A DNA stretch of 58,648 bases from Chiloscyllium plagiosum (taxonomy: Eukaryota). This document shows, one piece after another, positions 13,437 through 27,289 of the stretch (position 1 is its first letter; each line of letters begins with the position of its first letter). The position numbers were made by a program, and so were the translations under genes. Location: positions 1 to 58,648 of the forward strand of contig NW_025215116.1 in NCBI RefSeq assembly GCF_004010195.1. The letters are read 5' to 3'. Under the pieces are notes generated by a model. That model saw nothing but the letters and a program-made list of their open reading frames with translations. It made no database searches and was not told where the DNA came from.

Positions 13437-13700
13437 CCAACAGAGTAAATAGAGCCAATTTGGTCCGTCACATCTGCACTGCCACTCCGAAGGGCATCCC
13501 ACCATTTTCCTGTAACCTTGTATTTCCGGCCAACCCACATAATCTGTGAATCTTTCGACTGTCGGCGGAAACCGGAACACCTGAGGAAACCCACGCAGAC
13601 ACGGGGGAGAATGCAGAAAACTCACGCAATCCATCGCCGATGGTGTAATTGAGACAGGTCCCTGGCGTTGTGAGGTAGCAGTCTAATCACTCTGCCCCCT
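13437..13700 (-). mobile_element. HE1-type SINE (duplicated copy)
   Basis: Copy of 11066-11330 within the second duplication unit. Confidence 0.85.
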
Positions 13701-16059
13701 GCGTTGACGACCTTCAGCATCTGCAGTTTATCCCCTCTTGTGCCACACAGGACTCGGCTTTGGAGTGGACCTCACACCCTCTCCCATTCTAATCAGGCCT
13801 CTGATCATTCACTCTCTCGAGGTAAGGGCGAGCCTGTTGATAGCCCCGGTTAAATCGATGAGTTCTAATGAAATCTCGCTTTGATTGCTTTCTGTTTCCC
13901 CATGTAAACGAATGCTTTTCACGGTTTTCCGGCTGAAACAGAATCTCGTATGATACTAATGCAGACAGCTTGGCATCATGTAATACCGTTAAAATAATGC
14001 GACATTCCCATCGGAGTCACTGAGCAGGGAACATTTCAGGTTAGATTCTGAGCAGCAAAAGAACAGTGAATTCACATCAGCATCAAAACAAAGGTAAGTG
14101 ACAAATGTTGATTGTCACGGTGTTTCCTGGACTCCTTCAGACTCCCTTTCTACCCTGCCAAGGTCCTAAAGAGGAGAGTTTTACAAAGTGGTTAGCATCT
14201 TACCAGGAGAGAAGCAGAAGAGAACGAGGAATAGCAAGACAGTCATCGCTGTTTTCTGACTTTCGAACTCACATGCAGTCCTGTTGTCATGCATCAGGAA
14301 ATCACCCTGAGCTCAGGTTTTATGGTGGAATGACAGAATAGTGAGCACAGCAAAACATGTAAGGTAGCCAATAGGAGCCCCTTCTTGTGACAAGACATCC
14401 ATCCCTTTCTCCGACAGATTGATCTATGTTTGTCCAGTGTGAGAACACATTGCCACGTTTCCCTTACTGCTTGGAAATTAAACATCAACGCGATGACAGC
14501 GCCACAAGAGAGTTAGTGAATTGCACCCTTCTAAATGGTGACGATTTCTCAGTTTGTCTGATTGTTACTGGTTTTTGCTTTCCTGGAACGGTCCTGCTTA
14601 ACGATTCGGGCCAGTGTTTTGAATGGGGGGGGTGGGGGGTGAAGCCCACTCAATGATTCCATCCCGAATGCATGCTTTGCTACAGAAGCTGAGTTCTCTC
14701 ACACCTTGAAGAAAGGAATCCTTGTTGGGGCCGAGGAGGGAGCATGGAGGTAAATAGGTCCACACTCTGATAGAAAATGTTTGTCTTTATTTCCCATTGG
14801 ACAGTAACATTCAAGGGGGCAGCGCTACGACCCTCTGATTCACAAAACCTTAAAGTACAAACCGCAGAGTTGAAATGAGAACAAATAAACAGAAAGAGGT
14901 GATACAGAGAGCATGCTGGTGTACCCAGAAAAACAACTATCGGATTGCAGTGCTATGCTTGCGCGACACGAACAGGGGAATCATCTTCCAGGCAAGACTA
15001 TACACAGATGTGCCGATGTACATACTCGAAGAGAGGTAGATAGAATCAGAATTACCGTTTAGATATTGTGTGAATTTCATGCAGGGGAGTACTCAGTGCC
15101 AAAAAAAAATCAGTCAACAGTGCTATACAGAAGTTCACTCGCGGATTTGAAGACAGGGAGGTGACTGACTCCTAGAACTGACTGTTCCTGCCATGGGTGA
15201 CTGGCACTGACTTTTGTTTGGAAAGCTGGCACATTGAAGGAAACACCAAGTACCCAAACATGGGGAAGGATTCGATCAGATGGAGAGCGAAAATAATTCT
15301 GCTCTGAAGGAGAAACCCCCTGCACAATTTGGTACCTCTCTCTCAAAGTTCCCAAACTTTCCCCAGCCATTTCCCAATTCTAAACTCAGAAGTAAGAAAT
15401 GCCTGATCAGTGATAGGCCTAATTCGTGCTGGGTACTCTATTTGATGAGTGAATTCGATTTGCTAAGTTCACCGGACAGTTTTACTTACTGACAACACAC
15501 TAACACCAATGAAAGTGAAATTTTTTCTATTTGCAAACAGCGAAGATGTTCTGAAGAAAAATCGAAATGTTCTGAAGAAAAATCTCTTCCTCTTTCAAAC
15601 ATCTTTCCTCCCCATCCCCGGCAAGGTTGATGTCTCGTTTGCTCAGTTTGTTTTTTTCCATTGTTGCTAGGTTACCCGTACCATAGACTGAGTCCATTTC
15701 CGGAACAGAATATCGAACTGCAATGAAGTTGATGTTTGGTCTGATAATCTCAAAACATGACAACCGAATTAACAGTAAGGAATGCACTTTGCCTTTTGAA
15801 ATCGCAGCACTGTAAGTCGCAGATGTCCAACACAAAGGGACAAGCTGGCTACAAATTTTGTGTTCAGACAAATGATGGCGGGAAACTCAGGAAAGCTCCA
15901 ACGAGCTCCAATTATTCTTGAACAAAGAGAAGAGCAAAACAAGCATTACCAACAACATGCCCAGTAGGAACCTTATTGTGTTTCTTTCACTTTCTGTTAA
16001 CCCAAGGGAATTGTCAGCCTGTGGGTCTCACTGTCAAAGAAAGTTATTGAATTTGAAAC

Positions 16060-16850
16060 TTTCCACATTGTTGTGTAGATACAATACATAGACATGGAAG
16101 ATAAACAGAGACGGTGGTTAAAAGGGGATGGGCTTAGCAGCATGAACGTCACGAATGGCGGAACAGGTTCGAGAGGCTGAATGATAGAAGGAGCTTAATT
16201 TGCACAAATGAAATGTGTAGCATTTTGGTAAAACAGCTGAGGGCAGGATTTATACAACTAAAATTAGGGCATTGGGCAATGTTATAGAACAGAGATATAA
16301 GGGGTATGGGTGCATAATTCTTCCTGGAGAAATGTGTGAATTACTGGTCAGTCTCCCTTGGCGAGGTATGATTGAGGTCGAGAGGGTTCCGAAGAAATTT
16401 ACGAGGAGGTTGCTGGAAATGAAGTGTTTGACTAATAAAGAGAGCCCGGAGTCTTTTTCACTTGAGCCTGGGAAGTAGAGGGGTGACCTTTTGTAGTTTT
16501 AATAACCTTGAGAGGCACTAATAAGATAAATGGAATGCAACCTTTCCTCACAGTGGGTGATTAGAAATAAAAGCGTTTTTTAAATATGATTAGAGCTAAG
16601 CTTCAGGAAAAACCTGAGATGTATTCTTCTTAAACAGTAAGAGGTTCATGTTTGAAGTGAATGTCTAAACGAATTCATGGATATGGGTGCAGCTACAAAG
16701 TTTAGAAGACATTTGGATTGGAGCATGAACAGAGTTTCAGCAGATTCTGTACAGGAGGAGGTGGGTGGGAATAAATTAGTTTGAGATTATGGTTGTAATG
16801 GAATGGTTGTACTCAAGTGTCTGTTTCTGTGCTGTATGACTCTACGCCAA
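16060..16850 (+). mobile_element. CR1 LINE 3' fragments (old, internally deleted)
   Basis: IEVERVPKKFTRRLLEMK and FSLE motifs; 3' UTR ending ctgtttctgtgctgtatgactcta. Confidence 0.7.
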
Positions 16851-16959
16851 AAATAGTTTTTGAGAGGACATTGAAAGAAAAGACAAAAAGAGAGCCTTGG
16901 TCTGAATTGACGTTTTCACGCTGGGGTGTCGCTTTGAATCATTTGACTGTCGCTAGAGT

Positions 16960-17860
16960 TATGTTGAAGAGAAAGTGGCAATATACACTTGTTTAGAATT
17001 GTTTTGGATACTGTTGCGGGGACGACTTATCAGAGGTAATCCATTGGGGTACGGTTCTCTGGCACAGAGTCTGTCCATATTGGTCAGAAAGTAAGGAGTG
17101 TGGGGGAGATGAGCAGAGCATTGGTCACTGGGGACTCCATAGCTGGGGAACAGATAGAAGATTCTTAGAAAAGAGAGAGTCTAAAAGTGGACGTGTTTCC
17201 TGCCAGGTGCCACGGTCCGGGATGTCTCAGATCATGTTTTCGGAAAGCTTAACGGAGATGGGAGTAATTCAAACTCTTGTTCCACAGAGTCACCGCCGAC
17301 TTAGGTTGGAAAAGGGATGGTGATTTAAGGCAGACATTCAGGGAGCTAATGTGAAAGTTAAAACTAGAACAAAGAGAGTAGCTTTCTCTGGTTTGAAACC
17401 CGTGTCACGTACTAGCAAGGTGAGGCAGACAGACAAGGGAGAGTGACGAGTTAAACGCGTGGCTACAGGGATTGTGGATGAAGGAAGGATTCGGATACTT
17501 GAATATTTGCGTCTCATTCTTGGTTAGGTTGATCCAGTGAAAACGGCATTGTTTGCACCAGAAGCAGGGGTAACCAATATGCTGGGGGAAGTGGGTGGTA
17601 TTTGCGAATGCTCTTTGGAAGGGTTGAAACTCATTCAGCAGGGCGATGGGAAGCTGAATTGTAGCTCCAGTGTACTGGAGATGGAGGAAAATGATTTCAT
17701 AAATACGGTTACAAAGTCACATGAATTTCACGGGCTGGAGGAAGGTGGTATGAAATGTGTCAATTACAACACCAGGAGCATCGACAATAAGGCGGAGAGC
17801 AAACAGCATGGGTTTTCGATATTGTGGCCATTTCAAACTTGTGGATTGAACAGGGAGAGT
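16960..17860 (+). mobile_element. CR1 LINE ORF1 esterase and start of ORF2 endonuclease (decayed)
   Basis: RALVTGDSI, FLPGATVRDVSD, ELNAWLQGLW and KCVNYNTRSIDNK align with the young CR1 ORF1/ORF2 at 40.5-41.3 kb. Confidence 0.8.
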
Positions 17861-17869
17861 CATGAATGT

Positions 17870-18730
17870 TGCACGCGCCGAGGGCAATGGCAAAATGAGT
17901 GAGAAATGCTGTCGTGATCCAATTGCACCGAATAGGAGAAGGAATTTCCAAGCATCTGTATCAAAAAGCAGGAGAATATGAGGCCAAACTGATGTTTTGA
18001 TAAAGGACGTCTCAAAGCGGCAACATGATATTCCGATGGAATGAAGGATGGTTGGAGAGCCAATATTCCATGTTCATGCAGCAAATTGTTACCAGCAATA
18101 TGGGTGCAAAGCAGAGATACGAGGCGAAAGAGGCGGCGTGAAAGTGAGAAAGTGCGGAGTGGGTGCGTTTCAGATTCCTAGCACCAGTTGTGGCGGAGGT
18201 GGGGCCAGTCCAGACTGGAGTCGGCACAGCTGGGCAAGGCCTGCGAATCTTGGCGTGGGGGGCGGTGGCTTATTCACTCAGGCATATACAATGTCTGTTC
18301 AGTTAGAATGGCAGGGTGGGGTTGTTTTTGGAACCTTTTAACATTGGCCCTGAGAAAAGAGAAAGGACAGGAACTCGGAGAAAGCTGGTCATTTCACTTT
18401 ATAAAATGTTGGGAGCAGCTCTGAGGAGTTCCGTCTTGTAATTGTTTTGTTTCAATGTGGATTGTGATTAGCATGCCGATGGAAAATGTGAGTGCAGCAG
18501 CTCTCTGCTGTTTAGTCAGAGTTTGGCTGTTGACCTGGAGAAAATGAGGCCGTGACATTCGGTCTCTGTCTGGTTGGAGTTCAAAAGGTGGGAAACATTG
18601 CCTCCGAATTTGTTCTTGAGTGAGGCTGTTTGGTGGAGCAGTGCAGCTAGCCTCAGCTGTTGTGGTTTGGATACGCCTGTTGACATTCACACTGTAACGG
18701 CACTCAGCGTGAGTAGCCTCGCAAGCCACT
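17870..18730 (-). mobile_element. Possible Penelope-like element 5' region, highly decayed
   Basis: Weak resemblance only (ttcccaccttttgaactccaaccagac) to recalled PLE N-terminal sequence; no catalytic motif is visible. Confidence 0.3.
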
Positions 18731-20099
18731 ATAGGAATGAACCTCCCTCACTCAACGGTGAATCGTTCATAGGAGGAACAACAACTTGAAGATGGTGTCA
18801 AACAGAATCGTTGACTGATGTTTCGAAGACCCATATTCATTTGCGAAGTGTTGTGTTGAGAAAAGTGTACTCAGCGTGTGAATTTCATCTCTGAACACCA
18901 ATGAGCTCCAGAGGACGAGGGAACTAATTTTTAAGCGAAATATCCCTACGTGAATTCACATTGGCATCGATTACATCAAATTCCATCAGAACACTACTCC
19001 CCCCACCCCTGCCTCCCAAACCTACCAGTTCGGGAATATGCCATTTTGTTCCCGATGTGGAACGGGCAAACTTGTGCTCTTCCTAACAAGTGTTACTGTA
19101 TTGACAATGTCTGTTCAAGAGCAGAAGTAAAAAGCAAACTTTAAAAGGACAGAGCCTCGTCCAACCTCAGAAAGACTTTGGAATCACCAACCCTTTTTTC
19201 AGAAACAGTAACGTAGCCTTTTAGACATCCTTTGCCAAAATGGTTTTGCCAGAATGGTGCTGAAATTTCTGCTTCCGAAATAATGGTTAAACAGCATTGA
19301 GCATCTTAATCTTTTTTTTGCTGTTGTTGCATTAAACTAAAACACCAAAAGTGGGTGGAGTCAGGCTCACCAAGATCCAGGGCTTTAGTTTTACCTTCAG
19401 TTTAAGTTGGGGTGGTATTTGGAGAGAGATTGAAGCTAATAGGCACAGATCTGTCCCCTCTCCTAAAAAAACTTGCCTGATCTATCTGCTGCGAGAGCGT
19501 TACTTTTTTTCCGGTTTTCTTTTCTCCATACCTGGATGTAGCAGATTTTTATAAAATGATCAGTGTTTGTGAGAACCCAAAAACAGACAATGTCGGAAAA
19601 ACACAGCAGGGTTGGCAGCATCTCCAGAGCGAAAACAAGGTCAATGTATTTTTGTGAATTTGCTACAGTGAACATTTGATGATTAATCAATGCATTCGTT
19701 TGTTTAGCCTTTAAATGAAATGAAAGTGATGCCAATTCTGTGTTGTGTTCTGTCTGTTAACTGTTTTCAAGGGAGAAATTGCACTTTCCGTGTGTCTTTA
19801 ACTCAATAAAAGTTAGGATCTGGGCTATGTTCTCGATCTGTTTTGCAGAGATTTGGTCCAGTTCTGAACATTTGCCGCAGCTTTAACTGGACGACCATCC
19901 TGATGTTGCAATTTATGCAACATTATGAGACACATGCATGAGACACAAGGTTCAAAATCTGAGTTAGAAACTGCAGGAAGAGAATGGAATCGGTCGGGCT
20001 CCGTGAGGGAGTTCTCTACATATGACAAATAAAACAGTAACATTTTTAAATGAAAGTTTTTTTTTTAAATTGTGTATGCTCTGTGAAATATACAAAAAA

Positions 20100-20195
20100 A
20101 AAACATAAACTGCTCGAGAAACCCGTCAAGTCTGGCAGCATCTGTGTAGAAAGCAGAGGTCAGTTTCGAGTCCAGGGACTTTTCATCAGAACTCT
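20100..20195 (-). mobile_element. Penelope-type terminal fragment with degenerate hammerhead core
   Basis: Minus: gtt-CTGATGA-aa-AGTC-cctg-GACT-c-GAAAc...cacagatgctgccagacttg. A related terminus fragment lies at ~19578-19650. Confidence 0.65.
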
Positions 20196-21224
20196 CTGTG
20201 AAATAAATGGAGACCACGAAGCTTCCCTTTCATTGTTGATGGATCGCTCCTGAATGAACTCTGCTATGTACGTTTTGATTGGGACAGTTTTGACTTTTAT
20301 TTTGCTCTTTTTTCATTTCTTGACTAATTTAAAACATGTTTTTGAAAACTGGATCAAAGCCGCTGACAAACCTTATTTGTTCGAGGAAGCGGAACTACTA
20401 GTAATGATGAGATGTGTATCAATGTCAGTAGAATTTATTCCATGTCTATTTCTAGGCCAATTTAAATGGATCTGTTCTGAGGGCCTTGCTAAACTATCGC
20501 TTCCAGACCAAATAAAGCAGCCGCATAAACACGAAATGGAATATGCATTAACCTTTAAGGTAGAACACATTTACTATCCGATTCCACCAGCTGTTGTGAA
20601 CCCAGTAAGTCCCCTTCTAAGTTGCTGATGCCGGACGTCGGTGTGAGCTCTGTTGCTGTTCTTAATAGCAGTTCTCACTGAGTTTATCTTACACCTGCTT
20701 GTTGTGACTAAGAACTGACCAAAGGCCGTTACTCTGTTCACTGTTTTTTTCTTCAAACTAGATTACATTTTATCTGCAACGTATTTTAGTTGTTAAGTTC
20801 CAACATTCAGAGTAATAGTTTAATGAAAAGAGGAATATTATTATTTCAGAAATGTGACAAATTTTCGTTCTCTCGGGGGATGTCTGATACATCAGAATTC
20901 TGTGTTTATTTTATAAAAAGGAATCATGAGGGTAAAGTTAGTTTTTTGCTAACCAATGACGTGAATGATTAGCAGGGATATTCACAAATAGTCAGGAATT
21001 TAGAGATAACCATAAAATTGTATCAGTAATGAAATTATCGCATAGCAAAGCAGGCTGTATGGACTAAGTATGCAACTCATTTTTTTTTATTGGTATGTTC
21101 CACGTGTTGATGAAGTCTTGTTTTCCTTGTGTGTTGGTGTTAAGAAAAAGCTTCTGGCCAAGACACAGGTATCAGAGAATCTCCAATTGTTACTACTTTT
21201 AATTTGTGAGTCTCACGATCAGAA

Positions 21225-21565
21225 TTAGAATAATTGAATACCCTCATGTGGAAGAAAGCGATTCAGCCCAGCGAGTCCACACCATTCCTGCAAAGTGTAT
21301 CCAATTTAGCTACACAAACAATGTTGTCCTGCATTTCCCATGGCTAACACATCTACACTGTACATCTTGGATATTACGGGGAATTTAGCATGTTTAACCC
21401 ACCTTCTATGCATATCTTCGTACTTTCGGTGGAAATCAAACCACCCATAAGAAACCCATGTAGGCAGGGAAGAATATGCAAGCTCCATATGGAGCATGAG
21501 AATGAAATTGAACCGACATATCTGGCGCGTGAAGCCGCTGTGTTAACCACTGAATCACTGTGCCT
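21225..21565 (-). mobile_element. HE1-type SINE (old)
   Basis: + strand gggaatttagcatg...aaacccatgtaggcagggaagaatatgcaagctcc...tgttaaccactgaatcactgtgcc matches the reverse of the SINE head and V domain. Confidence 0.75.
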
Positions 21566-22524
21566 CTAAAAAAAATATAGTGCCAATATTTTCAGTAAGA
21601 AAAATGTCTTCTCTAGTCCCAATATTACACAGACGAAGCTGGAAATCGTCTCACCCGACTCTATGCCTTCATTTCTGATTTTGTATAATATTGTGCATAA
21701 CTGAGCCTAAAACAGATTTGCAGAAGGCATGAAATACGGGTAAACAACAATCAGATATTTTTTAAGCGAGGAAGAGAATAACATCGAAAACATGCAGGGA
21801 CAGACATTGATCGGGAAGAAGAAAGAGGAGGTGTGGATATTGAGTAAGCATGATCGGTAAAATATTAGGAGAGATCAGAGAATGAAACGGTCACACAGAC
21901 AAAGTGGAGAAATACACAGGAGGAAGCAACTGCAAGTTTGAGAGGAAACTGTGTATTGCAGAGTTGAGATGGAGATATAAAATCGCAAATGTGAGTGTCT
22001 GAGAAAGAGTGACAGCGAGGGATGGAGAATAAATTAGAGTTAAATGAAAAGATGAAAAGGTATTGAGATGGATGGGAGAAGCTGGGAAAGTAATAACCAA
22101 TGCACAGTAATTCATGGGAGAATCTGTGTTTTGTTTCCTGTTAGAATATCGTCTTATTGAGTTGGTATTTCAAGTTGGCCTCACTTGCTGCAACCTTTTT
22201 TTATTTCCTTTCAGTATGTCAATTTCTTCCATCAATGTGTTACGATTCAGAAGTTTAAACTGCATTTGTGACCAAAGTAGGAGAGTTCTTCATAACTCAG
22301 AATTTTGAAACTGAGCAAAAAAAAAAATTGTTCAAACAGAAAACGAGAAAGCACCAGTCTGATGGGCTGGAATATAAGTTCATTCCATCGCAATCGGACG
22401 TGTGCAATTATTAACCTTGTTTTGTACCCTTAGGTTGCTTGGTCACTAACGTCAAAAGGCGTCAGAAAATAATGATTCATAGATCTCTTTAACCATTTAC
22501 TAGAAGTTCTCTTGAAGGAAACAC

Positions 22525-23075
22525 TGCTGCAATATAGCCCTTTACAGATTCCCCGGATTGGAAACAGACTATTGGCACAAAATGTCCACACCGACCCACC
22601 AAAGAATAGCCCACCCAGAACCATTTACCTACTCTGTTACTCTATGTTTACCACTGAACTTTGCAACTTGCCTGCACATCCCTGAACACTATGGCGAATT
22701 CAGCTTACATGAACATCTTTGGATTATGGGAGGAAAAGCAGGCACACAAGAAGAATATTTCTTTCTCTTCTTTTTCAAACATGGAATCCCTACACTGTGG
22801 AAAAAGGCCACTTGGCCCAATAAGCCCTTCCTGGCCGTTCGAAGAGTATCCAATTACACTGCACTAATCCACCTAACTTACACACTCTTGAACACGATGG
22901 ACAACTTCGGTTGGACAATTCACCTGACGTGCATGTCTTTGGAATTTGGAAGGTTAGGCACTCAAACATGGCGAGAACGTGCGAACTCCATACAGACTGT
23001 CGCCCAAGGCTATAACTGAACCTGGTTCCCTAAAGCTGTGAAGCAGCAGTGCTAACCACTGAGCCACCGCGCCAC
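22525..23075 (-). mobile_element. Two adjacent HE1-type SINE copies (~22525-22750 partial; ~22778-23075)
   Basis: Second copy ends cagcagtgctaaccactgagccaccgcgcc (reverse tRNA-like head); both carry the ctgcacatc/gcatgtctttgg V-SINE segment. Confidence 0.75.
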
Positions 23076-23271
23076 TGAGCTTTCTTTGCATTAAATTGTA
23101 AGCGCACGTGGTGGAAGTGTGGTAGCGCCATAGATACTGATATTAATTCAAATCCATTCATATCACGCTCAATTTGAATTCAGTGAAAGACAAAGTCGTG
23201 TAATGGCAGATTTGCTCCTTGTTTCCTTTAGTGGAGGACATCGATTGGCCGACATGAGACGCCAGAAGAGA

Positions 23272-24560
23272 CAAAAAGAACACGAACTGCAGATGCTGAA
23301 ATCCAAGATAGACAGGCAGGAGGCTGGAAGAACAAAGCAAGCCAGGCAGCCTCAGCAGATGGAGAACTCAAACTTTTAGGTGTAACACTCCTTCAGGCCT
23401 GGGTTTCGATGTATGTACACCTGCAGATCAAGGAGAGTAGCCGGAGGCAGGGGCGGTGTGACGTGTTCAAGATAGGTGAAAACAAGTGGAGGGCACAACG
23501 TCGTTGTTCGTTGGCTAACTATGCAATTGTTTAGTCTCTGCAAAAAAACTGTTGATTAGAGGAATGGAAGGGAGGGGGAGAGGCCTCGGAGTGGTGTTGG
23601 CGGATGGGAATTGAAGCAGCTTGAAAGTAGAAAACTAACTGTTGAGTCTCCTGGCTGTCATCACACAGGCAGAATATGAAGTGACCTTTTCCACAATATG
23701 TGCTCTGATTCGCTGTGGCAAAGGATGAGGCGAAGGATGGTCATATTAGTAAAGGAGTGGAAAGGGAAATTACAACGGAGAGTGACTGGGAGATCAGGTT
23801 GGACCCTGCACACTGGGCTCAGCGAAATGTGGCCTCACTTATCGTTTGGTCTCAGCGATGGAGCGGGATTACTTGATACAAAAAACTACTTTGGAAATGG
23901 GGAAGGTGAACAGCTGTCTTAGCGGGAAGGACATTTTAGGGACTGGGATGGAAGTGAGGGAGCGGTGGTGCCAATAGATTTTGATAGTCTTACGGTCATA
24001 GGGGAGGGTGACTTGGGCTTCGGGGGTGTTTGTGGGGCAAGTGGTGTAAAAGAATGTGGAACGGAATGGCACTTTGGTATGCAGGGAAGGGTGGGGAGAG
24101 CAAAATATTCTTCGTGGTGGGGTCTAATTAGAATTGGCAGAAGTGTTTGAGAATGATAGGTTGGATGTGGAGCCTGGTCGCGTGGGACATGAGGACAAGA
24201 GTGAATCTTTTTCATGGAGTTTAATGGGGAATTTAGAGCAGTGAATTGGAGAATGGAGGAGGTGTGCTCTGGAGCTGTCTGAAAGATCAAAGGGGTGAAT
24301 AACAAGTTGATCAAAATAGGTGGACGTCTGTAATGCTTGCAAGTTGAATGTCTCTTCATACAAGCAGATGCCGTGTGGTCTGAGGAATTGGGATAATTGT
24401 GTGGACCTCTTGCAGGTTATTAACAGGGAAGAGGTGTTGTCCACGTAGAGATAAGAGTCTGTGGGTTTACAGTAATCATCCGTTGGGACTGTACCCTAGA
24501 TCAAAGTAGAGATATCAAGACACGGCGGGGTTGTGTCCGAGATGGACCAAATGTGACTAC
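23272..24560 (-). mobile_element. Penelope-like element, 3' part (RT C-terminus, GIY-YIG region, terminus), decayed
   Basis: Homologous to 28432-29700 (YFALPTLPCIP resembles IFPSPPLSAF); terminus actgcagatgctg...ggcagc...ccttcagg matches the other PLE ends. Confidence 0.75.
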
Positions 24561-25825
24561 AGCAATGGACCGCATTGTAAACTGTCTGGAAGCAATTGTG
24601 GGGAACTAATAAAATCTGATGCAGTATGATTTTCCATGCATGAACTATTAATAAAATACTTGTATTCCTGCTTCAATGATTCTGAACGACTGGCTTCTAT
24701 CAAACTGTTTTCACTGCAGTTTCATAACCCATGCTTTCTTTAGAAACCCAATGTTCGGTTCAAACCTCTTAGAATGTCTTAATTCAATTTTTTTCACTCC
24801 TCACGCTTCCTGCCTTTGTAGACCACACTCTCTCGTTCTACTTAACATGTCAAAAGGAATCAATTGCCATCAGTCCTCCCCAGCTTTTAAACTGGCGCCA
24901 GATCTGAACTTGTACTACTGGATACCCTGACTGAGACAACATTCTGTCAGTCACATACCTCACTGCATTTTACTTCAGCCATTCAATTAGATCTCATGCA
25001 TTTTAAACAATGACGGTACTGAGTAAATACATGTTACACAATATTTTTTATCAAAGAAAAATTGGCAGAAATAGTGACCAAAATATCATTCTTCATCATA
25101 GACGGGGCGGAAAACGATTAAAATTTCAACCCAGACAATGTTATTGCGTCTGTGCCTCTGCATGTGATCAGAAAGTTCCAATTATGTTTCTACCTGTTTC
25201 AATATTCCTCATTGTAAGCATTATCCTGCAGGCTGAAAGTGTTCTTTGATGCTGTCGGATACCCTGATGGATAAAACATTTCCTCCTTTGCTGCATACTG
25301 TTTCAGCGATTGAAACTGAGCTCGTGCATTTCTTTCTCAATTCCGGATTGAGTAAATAAATTAAAAGTTATCTTTCTTTTTTACCAAAGGAAATTGACCG
25401 CAAATACGAAGCAAATTTTCCTCATTGAAGGTGCACAAAACGAGCAAGATTTCAAACTGGGCATGCTCATTCTGTCTTTGTGATGGTTTCTAATCAGGAA
25501 GTTCTGGAATTATTTTCCTGTGACTTTCAACTAAACTCAGTAGATTTTTCATCCTGTAACTCGCGGCAACTGTTCTTTGTTTAAATGCATCTTTCACTAT
25601 ATCCTGGTCGTTTTCGTGCACCTTATACTGAGGTGGATAGCCGCAATTTATTTCCGAGATTCATTACTACTCATAACACCTGATTATTCTCTCATGACCA
25701 GTTTGAGGTTTGCAGCCACGTTGTTTCTCTCTGGCTCACTGTGACTGCCACCTTTGACCGATTTGTGGCCATTTGATGTGAGAAGCTTGAAAACAATCTA
25801 CTGCGCTGAAAAAAAGCGAATGAAG

Positions 25826-27289
25826 TTAGAACATAGAACATAAAAGATGAAAGCGCAGTATAGGTACTTCAGCCCGCGATGTTGAGCGACCTGTGAAACC
25901 AATCTGAAACTCATCGAACCTACACTGTTCCATTTGCATCCATATGTCAACAAGTGACCATTTAAATACCCGGAAAATTGCCGAGTCTACTACTGCTGCA
26001 GGTAGGCCGCGAACACTACAACTACTCTCTGTGGGAAGTAACTACCTCTGGCATCTGCCCTGTGTCAATTTCCTGTCAATTTAAACCTATGTCTCCACGT
26101 GCTGGCCATCACCATCCGAAGAAAAAAAAAGGTCTGACAGCCTACCCCATCTCATCCACTGATATTTTACATATCTCAGTTAAGTCACCTCTCAACCTTC
26201 TTCTCTCTAAGGAAAACAGCCTCAAGTCGCTCATACTTTCCTCACCATATGTTCCTCCATACTAGGCAACATCCGATTAAATCTCCTCTGAACCCTTTCC
26301 AAAGCTTCCGCATCTTTCCTTTAATACAGCAACCAGAAGTGTACGCAATATGCAAAGTGCGACCGCACCAGAGTTTTGCACAGCTGCAGCATGACCTCAT
26401 GGCTCTGAAACTCAAATCCTCTACCCAAAAAGCTAATTCACCGTATGCTTTCTCAACAAGACCATCATTGGTGGCGGTAAGTTTGAGCGATCTATGTGTA
26501 CCCAGGTACGCTGAGATCTCTCTGTCAATCTACACTATCAAGGCCATTAACCAAGTACCCTGCATTCTATTTACTCCCTCCGAAGTGAAGCAGGTCATAC
26601 TTTTCCGAATTAACGTTCATTTGCCAACTTTCAGCCCAGCTCTTCAGCTTATGTGTGCCCCTCTGTATCCTACAACATTCCTCGGCACTACGCACGACGC
26701 TCTCAACCTTAGTGACATCCACACATTTACTAACACATCATTCTACTAACACATTAAGATCATTTGTAAAAATGACAAACATCAGTGGCACCAAAACAGA
26801 TTATTGAAGTACACGACTAATAACCGGCTCCAGCATGAAGATTTCCAATGAACCACCACTCCTTGTCTTCTTTCAGCTAGCCAATTTCTGATCCAAAATT
26901 CTAAAGCACCCCAATCCCTTTCCTCTGTATTTTCTGGAATAGCCGACCGTGGGGAACCTTAACAAACGGCTCACTGAAATCCAAAAACACCACATCAACC
27001 GTTTTACACGCATCTGCGTGTTTGCTCTCCTTCACAAAGAACATAACAAAGCTTGTGAGGAACGACCGACTCTCCTCAAAATCGTGCTGACAATCTCTAA
27101 TCAACGTATTTCTTTATTGATAATTGGAAATCCTATCTCTTATAATCTTTTCCAACATTATACCAACAACCGAAGAAAGGGTCACATTTCTAGAATTTCC
27201 AGAGTGGTGTCCGCTCCCCTTCTTGAACAAGGGGACAACATTTTCTGTCCCCCAGTCTTCCTCACTTTTCCTGTAGACAATGGCGACAT
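25826..27289 (-). mobile_element. 5'-truncated CR1 LINE inserted into GPCR exon 2
   Basis: Reverse tail tagaacatagaacata at 25827; minus ORF QHDFEESRSFLTSFVMFF...VDVVFLDFSEPFVKVPHGRLFQKI. GPCR sequence resumes at ~27290. Confidence 0.9.

Larger units (their letters stand above)
9468..14210. repeat. Direct tandem duplication, two ~2.37-kb units (9468-11840, 11841-14210)
   Basis: Both units start caactatctacgtacctacacc and end gttagcatcttaccaggaga; they differ only by scattered substitutions and small indels, and paired ORFs appear in the track. Confidence 0.97.

Noticed and set aside
20254..20628. 124-aa ORF as a membrane protein gene
   Set aside because: Only the segment from ATG 20536 matches the GPCR first exon; the upstream part is AT-rich sequence open by chance.
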